64,000 nt of DNA from Octopus vulgaris (lineage: Eukaryota), in NCBI GenBank assembly GCA_951406725.2, contig OX597821.1, positions 72,230,001 to 72,294,000 of the forward strand, given 5' to 3'. A program made the position numbers and the translations under genes. The notes under the pieces are model-generated. The model saw nothing but the letters and a program-made list of their open reading frames with translations. It made no database searches and was not told where the DNA came from. Positions 40,600-54,056 of this stretch are shown piece after piece. The stretch's first letter is position 1, and the number at the start of each line of letters is the position of its first letter.

Positions 40600-40994
40600 C
40601 ATATTTCTACACTCTATAGAAATTACACAGAAAACCTAACAAATGATAATAGTGAGCGAAGTCCATACTCTTTCCTACACAGTAAAGTAAGAATTGAACT
40701 TATTCTCTATGGCTGTGCATATGTAACACAACCTGCTGCTACATTCAGGTGTGTTTTAATGTATATAAAATGTAAATAGACATCCATTTCTCACTGTTCT
40801 TTATTGCAACAGTTCACATGTATTTTATTCATATTAACTTTATACAGTTGAACATGGAAACATTTCTCTTTAATTCTCAATGTTCTACACTCACATTCCT
40901 CTACATACAAACACTATATCATCTCAATCGACGTCTCATTCATTTTTATTATATTTCATCTATTTTTATACGACTCTTAATTTTTACTCCTGTT

Positions 40995-41092
40995 TTTTTC
41001 TATATTTGTAATTAACGTGAGTTTTAATTTTTCTATATTTGTAATTAACGTGAGTTTTATTTTTTCTATATTTGTAATTAACGTGAGTTTTT
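40995..41092. repeat. Three tandem 33-bp repeats in the 3' UTR of copy 3
   Basis: TTTTCTATATTTGTAATTAACGTGAGTTTT with the marker C at 41000, 41033 and 41066. Confidence 0.9.
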
Positions 41093-42659
41093 TACTTTTA
41101 TTTTTAACCATTCAGATTTACAACTAACATTTCTTTACATTTAATTTGTCATAAACTTTTGTATTATAGAATAAATGATTTTTTTTTAATTTCAAAATCT
41201 TTTTTCTCCTCATTTATTTCATTAATTTCTATTCTTTATTCATAAGTCTTCGTTATTATACAAGTATCAAGGTGTTAAGCTCGAATTAATAAACCCCTTA
41301 CAATGTCTCGCAGAATTTATACCGACTGTCTGCGTTTTGATTTGAATCTCCGCTGAGATCAACTTTGCTTTTCATTCTTTCACAGTCCATAAATAACGAT
41401 TCATCTCCGAGCAGCTGACCATCTCAATAGCTTGAGTGATTCTAAAGAAGATGACTTACGGCAGCTATTCCGGCTCAGTGTATTTTCATTTCAAATCCTG
41501 CCCTCATTACAGACGTTGAGACTGTCAACAGGTTGAAAAAGCAATAGAAACGGCTTTCTTGGTTAGGTTGAAGATCGACTGCCTACATCCTTAAAACCTT
41601 ATCCAGAAATGATTTTTAAAATATTGAATTCACCTGTGCAGAAGCGATTTATATCAACACAGGCGTTTATAAATATTGTAATAATAAACTCTTTAAACTA
41701 GATCTTTATTTCGTTATATTTTCAGTTATTTTTCTTAAATTCTTTCTTTTACTTAATGTTTTCTTACTCCAACATATCGACTGGTCTTTTTTCTCCATTC
41801 AAATTCCCTGTCCTCCATACTGCGGTTGTCTATCTTCCTATTCCCGGACAGATATCATAGGAGGGCAATGGATAATTCTGCTGTTTCATTTCTCTTCATC
41901 TCCTCACAGTTTCCTCGAAGCCCGACGTCCAGCTACACTTCCATCTAACAAACCACATAACATAGACGTATATATGCGGGTGTATTTGAACATACATCTA
42001 TGTATACATCCATAAACACGTATATTCATAGACACACCCACCCACCCACATATCTGTGTGTGTGTATATATATAAGTATATATATGAGTGTGTGTATATA
42101 TGTATATAAATGTGTGTGTGTGTATACGGAGCTTCTATTCTTATATGCATCGATTCTAATGCGTTTCCGTTGCTATCGATGCAGTGGTCCCACTTGGATA
42201 CTCTTGACCATCAGCTGTCACGTATTCTTTTGTTTTTGGCGGTTAAATTTTGACCGTTAGGCCTTTCTTTATTCACCACGTGTTACAATTTTCTGTCTTT
42301 CGTCTTATTTTTTTTTTTATTTCGTGGGGTGTGTTTAACTGCCAAACCTGGCAATCCTCTTCCGATTTCAGTAGGGGGTCTCTTCTTTAATCTTCTGATG
42401 TTAAGTATTTTCCTAAACAAACAAACACCGGTTTTCGGTCTCCTGTGAGGGACAAACTCAATACACACACACATACACACGTATACGTTTGTACATTTAT
42501 ATATAAAACATCATCATCATTCTCATCTTCCGCTCAAGCACAACATAATGCGAAAGGTCTCGGTTATTGCATCCGAGAAGCCCAGCACTCGAGACGAACC
42601 CGCCTCGGTGAGGTCCAGGGCCCGAAAGGAACTCAGCCACATTGCTCGATGGGGCCTAA

Positions 42660-42790
42660 CAATAATAATAATAATAATAATAATTGTGTACAGTGCTCAG
42701 GTGCACTACAACTCATCTAAAGTGTATATATAATCAGGTGTAGTTTCGGCGGATTTCGGAAAGCATGAGGGCCTTAAAGCATCCAGTGTT
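42660..42790 (-). mobile_element. Probable 5'-truncated LINE 3' end (CR1/L2-like) with (ATT)n tail
   Basis: The minus strand reads CFKALMLSEIRRNYT*, then a short UTR ending GCACCTGAGCACTGTACACA(ATT)n. The family assignment is inferred. Confidence 0.45.
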
Positions 42791-42914
42791 CTGAAGGTGC
42801 CCTTTATGCGCCACCGACATGGGTCCCTTCGTAATCCCTTAACACATCCTATCAGGTGTAGCTTTTAAGTTAAACATGACTTGGGCCAATCTCAGATGGA
42901 AATATGTCTAAGTT

Positions 42915-44808
42915 ACATACATCAAAATATACACACTCATACATAAACCCATACATGTATACATGCACACACGTATAAACACATGCATACATACATCAAG
43001 ACATACATAAATGCATGCATACATGTACACATACATACACATAAACGCATATATGCACAGACACACACACACATAAACACATACATACATACACACATAT
43101 ACATTCATACACATACATACACACACTCATAGACACACATACATACATGCATATACATACGTATATACATATCTTTACGCATGCACAAACACATACATGT
43201 ATGCATGCATACACACATACACATATATACATACATACATACATACATACACACAAACTCATACATACATACACACATACATACATACACACACATATAT
43301 ATGCATACATACACACAGACATGCACATACACCGCACCTGCACACACACATACATCCATACAATACATACATACACACACATACATGAGGCGCAGGTTTT
43401 ATGTCGGAGTTATCCCAGTTACCTTCTCCTAGAAGGATGCCCTAACAAGGGCTAGGAGTCCTTCACTTCCAGTGGTTTAAACACGCGATCGGGTATTCAG
43501 TCCGACTATTTCTATGTCCGCGCGCATGATACAGCCTTAAGCCTTAAGAAAAAACAATTACACATTTATTGGATGGCCGTTAACTCTCAAGAATTCCTCC
43601 GCCCTTTGACGAGTTTTGTTTTTCATCCCGCAGGGTGTCCAATAAACACCCTCCTCACCAAGCAAACTTGGTGGGGTTACCGGTTTAGTCGCCGACGACC
43701 CGACCATGTAACAGGTTGTACTGGGTTACATGACACCAGTAGCACTCGAAAGTGACCTGACATACATATATACATACATACACATATACATACATACATA
43801 CATACCCACACATAAATACATACATACACACACACACATACATACATACACACATATATACAGACATGCACATACACACACATAAATAAATACATACACA
43901 CACACATACATGCATATCTACATACATGCGTACATACATACAAACACACGCACACACACATATATACTTACATACAAACACACGCACACACACACACACA
44001 TACATACATACAAACACACGCACGTACAAATACATAAATACACACATACATATAAATACATATCTACACATACACACATATATGCATACATACACACACA
44101 TACATACAGACATGCACATACACAACACATACATACATACCTGCGTACATACAAGCACACACACACATATATATACATACATAAAAACACACGCACACAC
44201 ATACATACATACATGCATACAAACACACGCACACACACATACATACACACATACATACACACATATAGGCATACATACACACATACATACAGACATGCAC
44301 ATACACCGCACCTACACACACACATACATACATACATCTATACAATACATACATACACACACAGACATACATACACACACACATACACATACATGCGTAC
44401 ATACATACAAACACACGCACACATATATATATATACATACAAACACACGCACACACATACATACATAGAAACACACGCACATACATACACACATACATAC
44501 AATACATACATACATACACACACATACATACATTCATACACACACACATACATAAATACAAACACACGAACACACACATACATACATACAAACACACGCA
44601 CACACACATACATACGTACATACATACATAAATACATACACACATACATACATACATAAACACATACACACACACATAAATACACACATACATACAGACA
44701 TGCACATACACACACATATACATACATACCTACAGACATGCACATACACCACACATACACACACACACACATGCATACGTATATACACACACATACATAC
44801 ATACACAC
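42915..44808. repeat. Two compound (CATA)n/(CA)n tracts (42915-43385 and 43761-44808) flanking a ~375-bp non-repetitive island
   Basis: Direct reading of the sequence. Confidence 0.95.
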
Positions 44809-47612
44809 CGAGGAGCATCCAAGACAGATCACTCTAAACAACATTGCATGGTACACAAATAAGCATTTTATAGATTGGCGTAAAATGGTGTGGAATTACG
44901 TGACGCGATTTCTTTATTTCAAAAAACACATTTTTAAAGAAAGTCTACAATTCTAAAGTATGTTTTGAAACCTTTATTTTAATTACTTTTTTTCTTAAAA
45001 TACGACCAAATAAACAGCGAAGGGCAGGTAACGAATGAAAGATACGTCACCATCTGCATGAGTTATTTCCCTTGCGTCACTCCCTGTTTACACACGCACG
45101 TTAACTCACGGAATCACATCGTGTACCTCTGCTTGTGTGTGTGTGTCTGTGTGTCACAGATGGAGGATGACTTCAAGTTGTGTAATTTTCCTGGATAATT
45201 TCAATTATCACTGAATTTCATTTTAAATTTTATGCTTCAGGATTACAGAAAAATAATACTTTTTTCCCAAATTTCTTTACAACTTGAGGCGTGTTTACCA
45301 TGGAAACATGACTAAAAGTTACATGTTATTATTAATACTAAAAGTAACGAGAGTTGGTGAGTTGAAAACACATGATGATAGAAAAATGTGCTGAATGTAA
45401 TTCATATTTTCTGATTCAGACCTAGAAGCCACCAAGTCGTTTACCTTGGCAAATAAGATCACAACATTTGCCCTGAACGAGTCACCGGTTCGTGGCAGGG
45501 TTGAGGGCCAGCAGCGATTTTGAGGAAACAGGGACAAAGCGACTACACCATTGGAAAGCAATTCTCTGGTATTTTATTCATCACAAAAAGGTAAAAACCA
45601 AAACTGACCCGACGGGACATTCAGCTCAGAAGATAATGTGCCGGAATATAAGGCCATTCAACATTTTGTCCGACATGCTAACGATGCTTCCAGCACGACG
45701 GCTTACGTAAGTACAATGCGATTAACCAAGTTTTTCCGAAGTAGTAGTATTAGAGAATCTTTAATATGCCGGACTAAGTGCATAGCGGTATTTCGTCTGC
45801 CGTTACGTTCTGAGTTCAAATTCCGCCGAGGTCGACTTTACCTTTCATCCTTTCGGCGTCGATAAATTAAGGACCAGTTACGCACTGGGGTCGATGTAAT
45901 CGACTTAATCCGTTTGTCTGTCCTTGTTTGTCCCCTCTGTGTTTAGTCTCTTGTGGGTAGTAAAGAAATAGGTATTTCGTCTGCCGCTACGTTCTCAGTT
46001 CAAATTCCCCCGAGGTCGACTTTGCCGTTCATCCTTTCGGAGTCGATGAAGTACTAGTTACACACTGGGGTCGATGTAATCGAATGCCCCCCCTCTCCAA
46101 TAATTTCTGGCCTAGTACCTATTGAGGAAAGGATTATTATTGTAATTATCATTTTGGTTTGGCTCACGTTCGGTCATATTCCTGACAGGAATTATGTGGT
46201 TAGCGGGTTACTACCTCTAACCTTAGGGATACACAAGTTTTCACCAATCTTCCAAGTGCTTAGAACTCTCATGACAATCTTTCCTGTCCATAAGAGACAA
46301 ACTTTCGTAAGAGCACTACAGGGCTTTCTACTCCAAATGAACAATCGAAAGAGTATCAAGCGAAATTGACGCTGCCATATAGTTATGTTCTGCGTTCAAA
46401 TACGTCAAGGCCCATATTTGCCGTTCATCCTTGTAATGCTGAGAAGCATAAATAGTAGACTGTTTTACTAGAAATTATCATTAATATTAATTAGAGCAAC
46501 AGAATGCAATAATAGCCCTTCGTGGACATCACAAGACAATCGCCCTCGATTGAGCCTTATGTGCTATTTTCTACACATAACAAATAGAAAACCAAACAAG
46601 ACCAGTCAGACACCAGACATCACACAATATTTCGTCTAAATTTCCATTGTCATCTAAATAGGCAATAGCCAATCGTCCCTCAGCAGCTCAAAGCCTCCCG
46701 TCTTACAAATAAAACCAGACATTGTATAGTCCACTCCCAGCTGCATTCTGCTAGGTCGTCGTACCTGGAAAGCCTTTGGCCATTCAACAACTACATCAGA
46801 GTATCCTGACGCTTCGCAACGACACATTCGATAATGCAGTTTCCATTTGCAACATACTTTTTATGGATCTTTTCACTCACAAATTTCATTTCGTTTAATT
46901 TTCGTCCAATTCATTGCAATTTCTGAGTATTGATGTACGTTTTCTATGCTAATTATAGAAACGAAATTCCTTTTCGCCATAAAAAAAATAAATATAATGT
47001 TAATAGCATTTAAAATTTGTAAATTTTGAGTAATTTTAGCCAATCGAAAACCACAAACACATCGGTGCCAGTTTCCATGGTAACAAGTCGAGGTAGTGTC
47101 TGCTTTCCAAGCAGATCTACTTTACACGTGTGTTGTTGTCCTGTCGCCACCTCACTCACCATTTGGCCTTTTTATATTCTTTACATGCCTCTTACAACAT
47201 TTCGCATGATTTCATTCATTAAAATTTATTAATGACACGTAGGGAGACGGTCTCACATAAATCTGTAGAGATTATATTCAAAAGTAAAACTTATTAAAAC
47301 TTCTGTCGACGTCGTCGTAATGTTTTGTCTAACGTTGTCGTGTTGCTATCGGCTTTTCAAATCCTACTTCATTATTCGATGAAAATAATCAGCCTTTAAG
47401 CCTCTATAACATGCTTCTCAAATTTTTCTGCAACAATTGAATAACAACACTAAATTCAGTGTGAGAAATTTCATTAATATACCAAGTTTGAAAATTTTCA
47501 GACAATTTAAAAATATCAGTAACTGTGAACCACACAGAAAAGATGCATTTTTATAAGTTCTCCTGGTTCTTTTTCACAATAAAAGTGGTTTTCATTAAAA
47601 GCGATTCATCAC

Positions 47613-48170
47613 ATGCGTAGCTGTGGGTATTTCTCTGTGTGTTTGTGTGCAACGTCGTGGTTAAGTCGTTTACATAAACATCTTTTTTATTGTTGTTTAT
47701 TTATGTTGGAAAAGCAAACAGATTTCAACGATATGTATTTTTGTTTGTATGAAGAAGCCCTTTTAGTTTGTTTAAACTTCGATTTTCGTATTACTCTACC
47801 CCAATCTCATATTATCAAAGTATGTAACATAATCAAACTCGAAGATAAATTAGTGAAAATAATTAACCAGTTTGCTACATGCTGTCTGGTTTTAACGAAG
47901 TTCTCTCTCAAATATACAGCCAAAACTATCGCATCTATCTGTATACATTTGTTTATTGAATGGGGTAACTGGAAGATTCCGTTGTCTTCCCAACAAAATC
48001 CATGGCATTTTTATATGGACACTTCTCTCAATGAACAATTATTGGATGAATTAGTGGTTGATTTCCTTGAGGTACTTCACAACACAGACACAAATTTCAA
48101 GAAACAGTTTCCCTTTTTAAACAAATCCGTGTCGCCAAGTAACACGGACAACGCGCTGAAAACTGACTAA
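47613..48170 (+). pseudogene. 5'-deleted cyclin T-like copy 4: residues 169-308 fused in frame to 45 codons of formerly upstream DNA; promoter lost
   Basis: The junction TTGTTTG-TATGAAG-AAGCCC at 47748-47754 joins copy-1-equivalent positions 10064-10070 to 11168-11174. Confidence 0.85.
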
Positions 48171-51100
48171 CATATTTCTACACTCTATAGAAATTACACA
48201 GAAAACCTAACAAATGATAATAGTGAGCGAAGTCCATACTCTTTCCTACATAGTAAAGTAAGAATTGAACTTATTCTCTATGGCTGTGCATATGTAACAC
48301 AACCTGCTGCTACATTCAGGTGTGTTTTAATGTATATAAAATGTAAATAGACATCAATTTCTCACTGTTCTTTATTGCAACAGTTCACATGTATTTTATT
48401 CATATTAACTTTACACAGTTGAACATGGAAACATTTCTCTTTAATTCTCAATGTTCTACACTCACATTCCTCTACATACAAACACTATATCATCTCAATC
48501 GACGTCTCATTCATTTTTATTATATTTCATCAATTTTTATACGACTCTTAATTTGCTAATTATTTCCATATAAATCGTGAGTTTTTTACTTTTATTTTTA
48601 ACCATTCAGATTTACAACTAACATTTCATTACATTTAATTTGTCATAAACTTTTGTATTATAGAATAAATAATTTTTTTTTAAATTACAAAATCTTTTTT
48701 CTCCTTATTTATTTCATTAATTTCTATTCTTTATTCATAAGTCTTCGTTATTATACAAGTATCAAGGTGATAAGCGCGAATTAATTTTCAGTTATTTTTA
48801 AGTAAATAGAAATATAAACAAGTGAATGTTTAGAGTAATCGATATAGTACAGTTGATGTTGTCTCTACTTTCGGAAATTTAAAGTACACGTAAAATGAAT
48901 TTTGTTGATTCAAAATTGTGCCGCGTGCTGTCTTAACTCAGATATGAATTAAAGATTTGTAATCAGATAAAAATCTGTTTAAACATATGTAACTTTTTTT
49001 TCTGCTGCAAAATATTTGTAGCTGTTAAAATCTCGTTATCATTGCTGTATTCACTTTTATATATATTTCTAATAGTTTATGTTATCAGGTACCAAAATAT
49101 TTCGCCACGTGGCCAATAACATTTCACAAGATTTGGTCAGATTAATTACTGACCAATTCTTATAGACTGTGATACAGGTGTCTTCGCTTTACTCTCCAAA
49201 CGTTTTCTGTCTGTCTCATGCTTTCCCAAATTCTTCTGATACAAGAGCTATATCAGAAATGACTTATAAACCCCCGAAGAAATTGTGACATTTATAATTT
49301 AAACATCTGCAGTACTAGATGTGTATGCTTGTGTATATGTGTAGGAATAGTAGACGAGGCCAAAAATAATAACAAGGCGGCGAGCTGGCAGAAACGTTAG
49401 CACGCCGGGCGAAATGCTCAGCGGTATTTCGTCTGCCGTTACGTTCCGGGTTCAAATTCCGCCGCGGTCGACTTTGCCTTTCATCCTTTGGGGGGTCGAT
49501 AAATTAAGGACCAGTTACGCACTAGGGTCGATATAATCGACTTAATCCGTTTGTCTGTCCTCTCTATGTTTAGCCCCTTGTGGGTAGTAAAGAAATAAAA
49601 TTCATTTACATTGGTCTCCATTTCAAATCCAACGCCACCCTCCACATCACCAATACTAAAAACACGACTAGAAACAGTTGACTGTTTTTATTTATTTGTT
49701 GCTTTCTTTATCTATTTCTTTTGACTTTTAGTTTGAAGCCTGGACTGCACTGGAACAAAATGGCGAGTGTTAAGAAGTTTTGCACTGTACCATAACGGCT
49801 CAGAGTTGATGAAATAAGTTTTAGAATGATTCTGTTGAGTAGCCCGACTTCCTTACAAATTCTCGATGGAGTTCAATGTAGTGCTTTAAGATCAACTTGA
49901 TTTCAAATGAAATTCCCAGAGATGGAGCGGAAATCCTTCCAATGGACTGTATTTGTGATTGGATGGAACACTAAACTCTTCTCTCAGATTTAACCCCAAT
50001 CCTTGACGCCTGACCTTCAAATATTATTGCCAGAGTTGAGTGCACACTGTTGAATTAGTCTGAGGTCAAACTATACATCGTGACTTTCACCCCAGGACTC
50101 TCCAAAGCCCTTAAAAGGGATCAATGGTGCTACTCTTCTTCGTTAAAAGCTATAACATAACAATTGTGTTTTAACTGATGTCAACTTGATTTTCCATTCC
50201 ATTGGTGCCATGGACTATAGTTCTGTTGGTTATACATTGTCCTAACCAAGACCTGATTTCTGTGTTATCAAAATTGTTTTCAGCATCACGGGATGTCGGT
50301 GTGATGCAAAAGATGGGCAAGGAACAAGTTGCTTTTTGTTGTGTGGTTTTATAATTTTATTTTTAAAAAGATACACCCAGTTATGTTGTAAGAGGTAAAT
50401 ATAAAGGTGGGCATATCGGGCAGAGTATCTGACATGAAAAAAGGCCCCTGACCACCCCACCCCACCCCACCATCCAAAGACAAACAGTAACAACACTAAC
50501 AACGGTAATATTTTGTAAAGAAAGCTTTAACTTTCTAAGGAATACTTTAACAGGAATAATTCTTTTTTTTTTTTTTAATATCACAAGAGATATTCAGCAA
50601 CAGTGCTTTGTAGCAATTTATAGATCAGTGACTAGTTGTCCCTTTGAAAACTATATATTCCAAACAGGAATTTGGCAGCACCACCTCTAGCCAAACAATT
50701 ATTCTGTGCTGATGAAGAGAAATAACCGAGAAATCATGATACACAGATATTATATTTAGCTGAGTTGGGGTGCTAGATTCCCTTGTTCGAAAGTATAAGG
50801 ACACAGATTGTGTCGTATAGCCAGCTGGAGACGATGTCTCCTGGGGCTAAATTGCAGCAAAATTCATCCTAAACCAGGACTCCATAATTATTATTATTAT
50901 TATTTGACAGAATTGTTATGTTGGTAAACACTCTTTACTACATGAAAATACTTCTGTTCAAAAGCTACTAAATAATAAATTTTGAAACAAGAAAGCTCAA
51001 ACTGCCGTAATTAATGAAGTTATGAGAAGTCAAAACTGAAATTTATGGTGCATCCATCAGTGAGAGAACTTCAAAACATGCTGGCATTTCATTTGGTTTA

Positions 51101-54000
51101 TTAGTCTAGCCTTTAAGGGCAGCGAAATGAGAGAATGGTGCATTAAAGACTGCCTGGAAATATTTTAGTCATGTCCTGTCTTTACATTTAGAATTCAAAC
51201 ACAAAGTTGCTTTTCGTCTCTCTATGGAGAATATTCTAGTGACCAGAATTATTAGTGAAAAACTCTGGAATGAATTTGACCATTCCTAAAATGTGAAGCT
51301 TTGTGCTAAAGACAGAAAATATGACAGAGCTATGGAGAAGAAGGCTGGACTGAGCAGCAACAATTAAATACCATACACCAATTGCTCAAAGTGTCACAGT
51401 GTGGCTGAGTAGACCTTGGACAAGTGTCTTCTGGTATAGCCTTAGGCTGACTGAAGCCTTGATTGAAATTGGTAGGCAGAAATTCCTGTTGTGTGTGTGT
51501 GTACGTGCTTGACTTTTGTTCAATGGAAGGAAACATCCAACTGAAAAGAACGGTTATTCACTCAACCAAAATTATATGTGCCAAGAAGATGCTCAATATT
51601 TCCAAATTGAAAATAAAATTTAAAAAATGAAAACAGAATTTTGTTTGTCTTTATGTCATTTTAACATATTGCCCATTTTTTTTTTTTTTTTGGTATTTTA
51701 TTACAGATTATTGAAGTGGTTAAATTAGAACAAATAGCAGATTCATCAAAACAAAATATTACATAAACCTCAGACATCCCAAGATGAATGAGGAGGTCAT
51801 TTTGAAGAAAAATATTTATTTTTCTTTATTCCATTCACACAAATAAAAAAGAAATAAATATTTCCATAATTTTTAGAAAAAAACATTTTTCTTTTAAATT
51901 TGTTCAAGTCATTTCAGCTTTACTAATTTCAAAAAAAAATTTTTTTGTATTTATAAAAAAAAGAAATTAATGAAATCAAATGAAAACCTTCAATCCCCCA
52001 AAATGATGTGTGGCTGACTTCCTCCACTCCTTTTTCATAAAAATCATAAATTCTGAGCCATCATAAATCCGTCCCAAAAGTGCAGCAGTGAACACCAAAG
52101 TACTTGTTTATTTTTTGCTTATTCAAGAGATATTCAGAATTCTTGAGGATTTTGTTTAATTTTATTAATCTGTGGTCACAAAATAAAGTGTCGTTCTACC
52201 AAGGTGGTCCCTCAAGTCAGGCAAACAAAATGTACAACTAAACATGTTAAACAAAACCACTACGAGACAATATTTCACATTGAATACCTCAAAACCTACA
52301 TTTTTTTTTCTTTGTCTTCTTCCGATTGAAAAGTAAAAACCATAATTAATAAGAACTTAACGAAAAAAGAAAGAATGGTTAATAGTTCCATGCTGATTGA
52401 AGTGGAATTGGTCGTTATGTTATGGAGCAGATATTTTAGGGGTGTCCTTTCATTAGCAATTAAGGGGGTGGAGACTCTTTCTCTCTAAAACCCTCTCACA
52501 GTTCTGGCATTGTGTGCTTGAGTAGAAAGTGTTATTCATCACAAAATTAATGAAAATTTTAGAAATAAAATAAATAAACTCACATCATAATATAGTTAAT
52601 GAGACAAATCCTGATACCCAGCTGCTAAAGTGTATCCTAATCATTGCAGACCTATCCAACCTACATCAACAAACAATTATAGACAGATTCTTTTCACACA
52701 GAAAATGGCAAAAAAATGCAGACATGATTTGATATTAGACAGGAATAACAAACGTCATCAACTGACAAAATATAATTCACAAACGAGAATGGTTAAATGG
52801 TTTTACAGTCTCCAAAAGTTCGTCACTTTTCAACATCAAATCAAAAATCAAAATGATTTTTCATTATCCTTGTTTTATAATTCAGTTGTGATAAATTCTG
52901 ACAAAGAATGGCAAATCAAAGACCTCCAAATGAAGATCTTTTTTTAAGGTTCCAAGAAAATAATCCAATCCTTCTGAAATATTCCGAAATATCTCTTGGT
53001 ATAATTCACATTAAAACTGATTCCATAGAAAACATTTTTTATCACATTTTCATTTCCCCACCTCCACCTCCTCTTCACATCCAAGTTTGTTCCACTTCCA
53101 GTTATAGAAATTACAGCTTTCTTTCAAAACAAAAGCTGCCTTCTGTCATTTTTTTTTTGGCCTTTTTAATTTAATTTTTTTTTTAAATATCATACAGACA
53201 GGTAAAAAGATGGAAAATGAGCTGAAAGATGACAGAAAGATAGTGAAATGTTGGACACAATGAATTGGTTCTTCTCTCAAAATAAAATTCAAAGACATAA
53301 AAATGGAAGTTGTCCTCCAAGCTGGATTCAAGCCAATATTCTGAAGAGGAACATGCCCGGCCTCATCATATAACAATCAATATCTAATGCTGTTGCTATT
53401 TCATTTTCTGTATTTACCTATCACAGGTGTGACTAGAAAACTTGTTCTCGTTAAATATTCAAATTATCATTTAAACAGACTCTCATTGTTATCAATACAA
53501 TATTTAATAATGAAGCTTCTACCATTATAATTTATAGTAATAATTGTCTGCTAGAGGCACAAGGCCTGAAATTAGGGTGGACTGGGGAGGGGGGTAGTTG
53601 TTTACATCACCACCCCATGCTCAACTGGTACATATTTTAGTGACTGCAGGTAGGGATGAAAGGTAAAGTTGAGCTCAGTAACATTTGAACACAGAGTTTG
53701 AAAGCCAGAGAGAATGCTACTAAGCTCTATTGTTTCCAGCATTCCAGCCATTCTGTCAGTTCACACCACCCCTTATAATTTATAGAATAACGGGATTCTT
53801 GCTTCAATATACAAACAGGGATGCTTCAACAGAATGAATTTTCTTTTTAAAAGAAGAGAAACTGTTGTCAACCAAGGCTTTGAAATAATTTCAATTTATC
53901 CAAGCTATATCTCACAAGTATTCTCAAAGATGGAACGATGGTAAAATGGCCTCCCTAAACTTTAAAGATTGAGAAAGTAGAGCAAAGCCCAGTTCACTTT

Positions 54001-54003
<3 letters not shown>

Positions 54004-54051
<48 letters not shown>
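54004..54051. repeat. (CA)n microsatellite expanded only in this copy
   Basis: About 24 CA units versus 4-7 at the paralogous sites (~1723, ~17528, ~33418). Confidence 0.95.

Positions 54052-54056
<5 letters not shown>

Noticed and set aside
40995-41092. CRISPR-like repeat array (also 61276-61359)
   Set aside because: Head-to-tail repeats with no unique spacers, in eukaryotic DNA with no cas genes.
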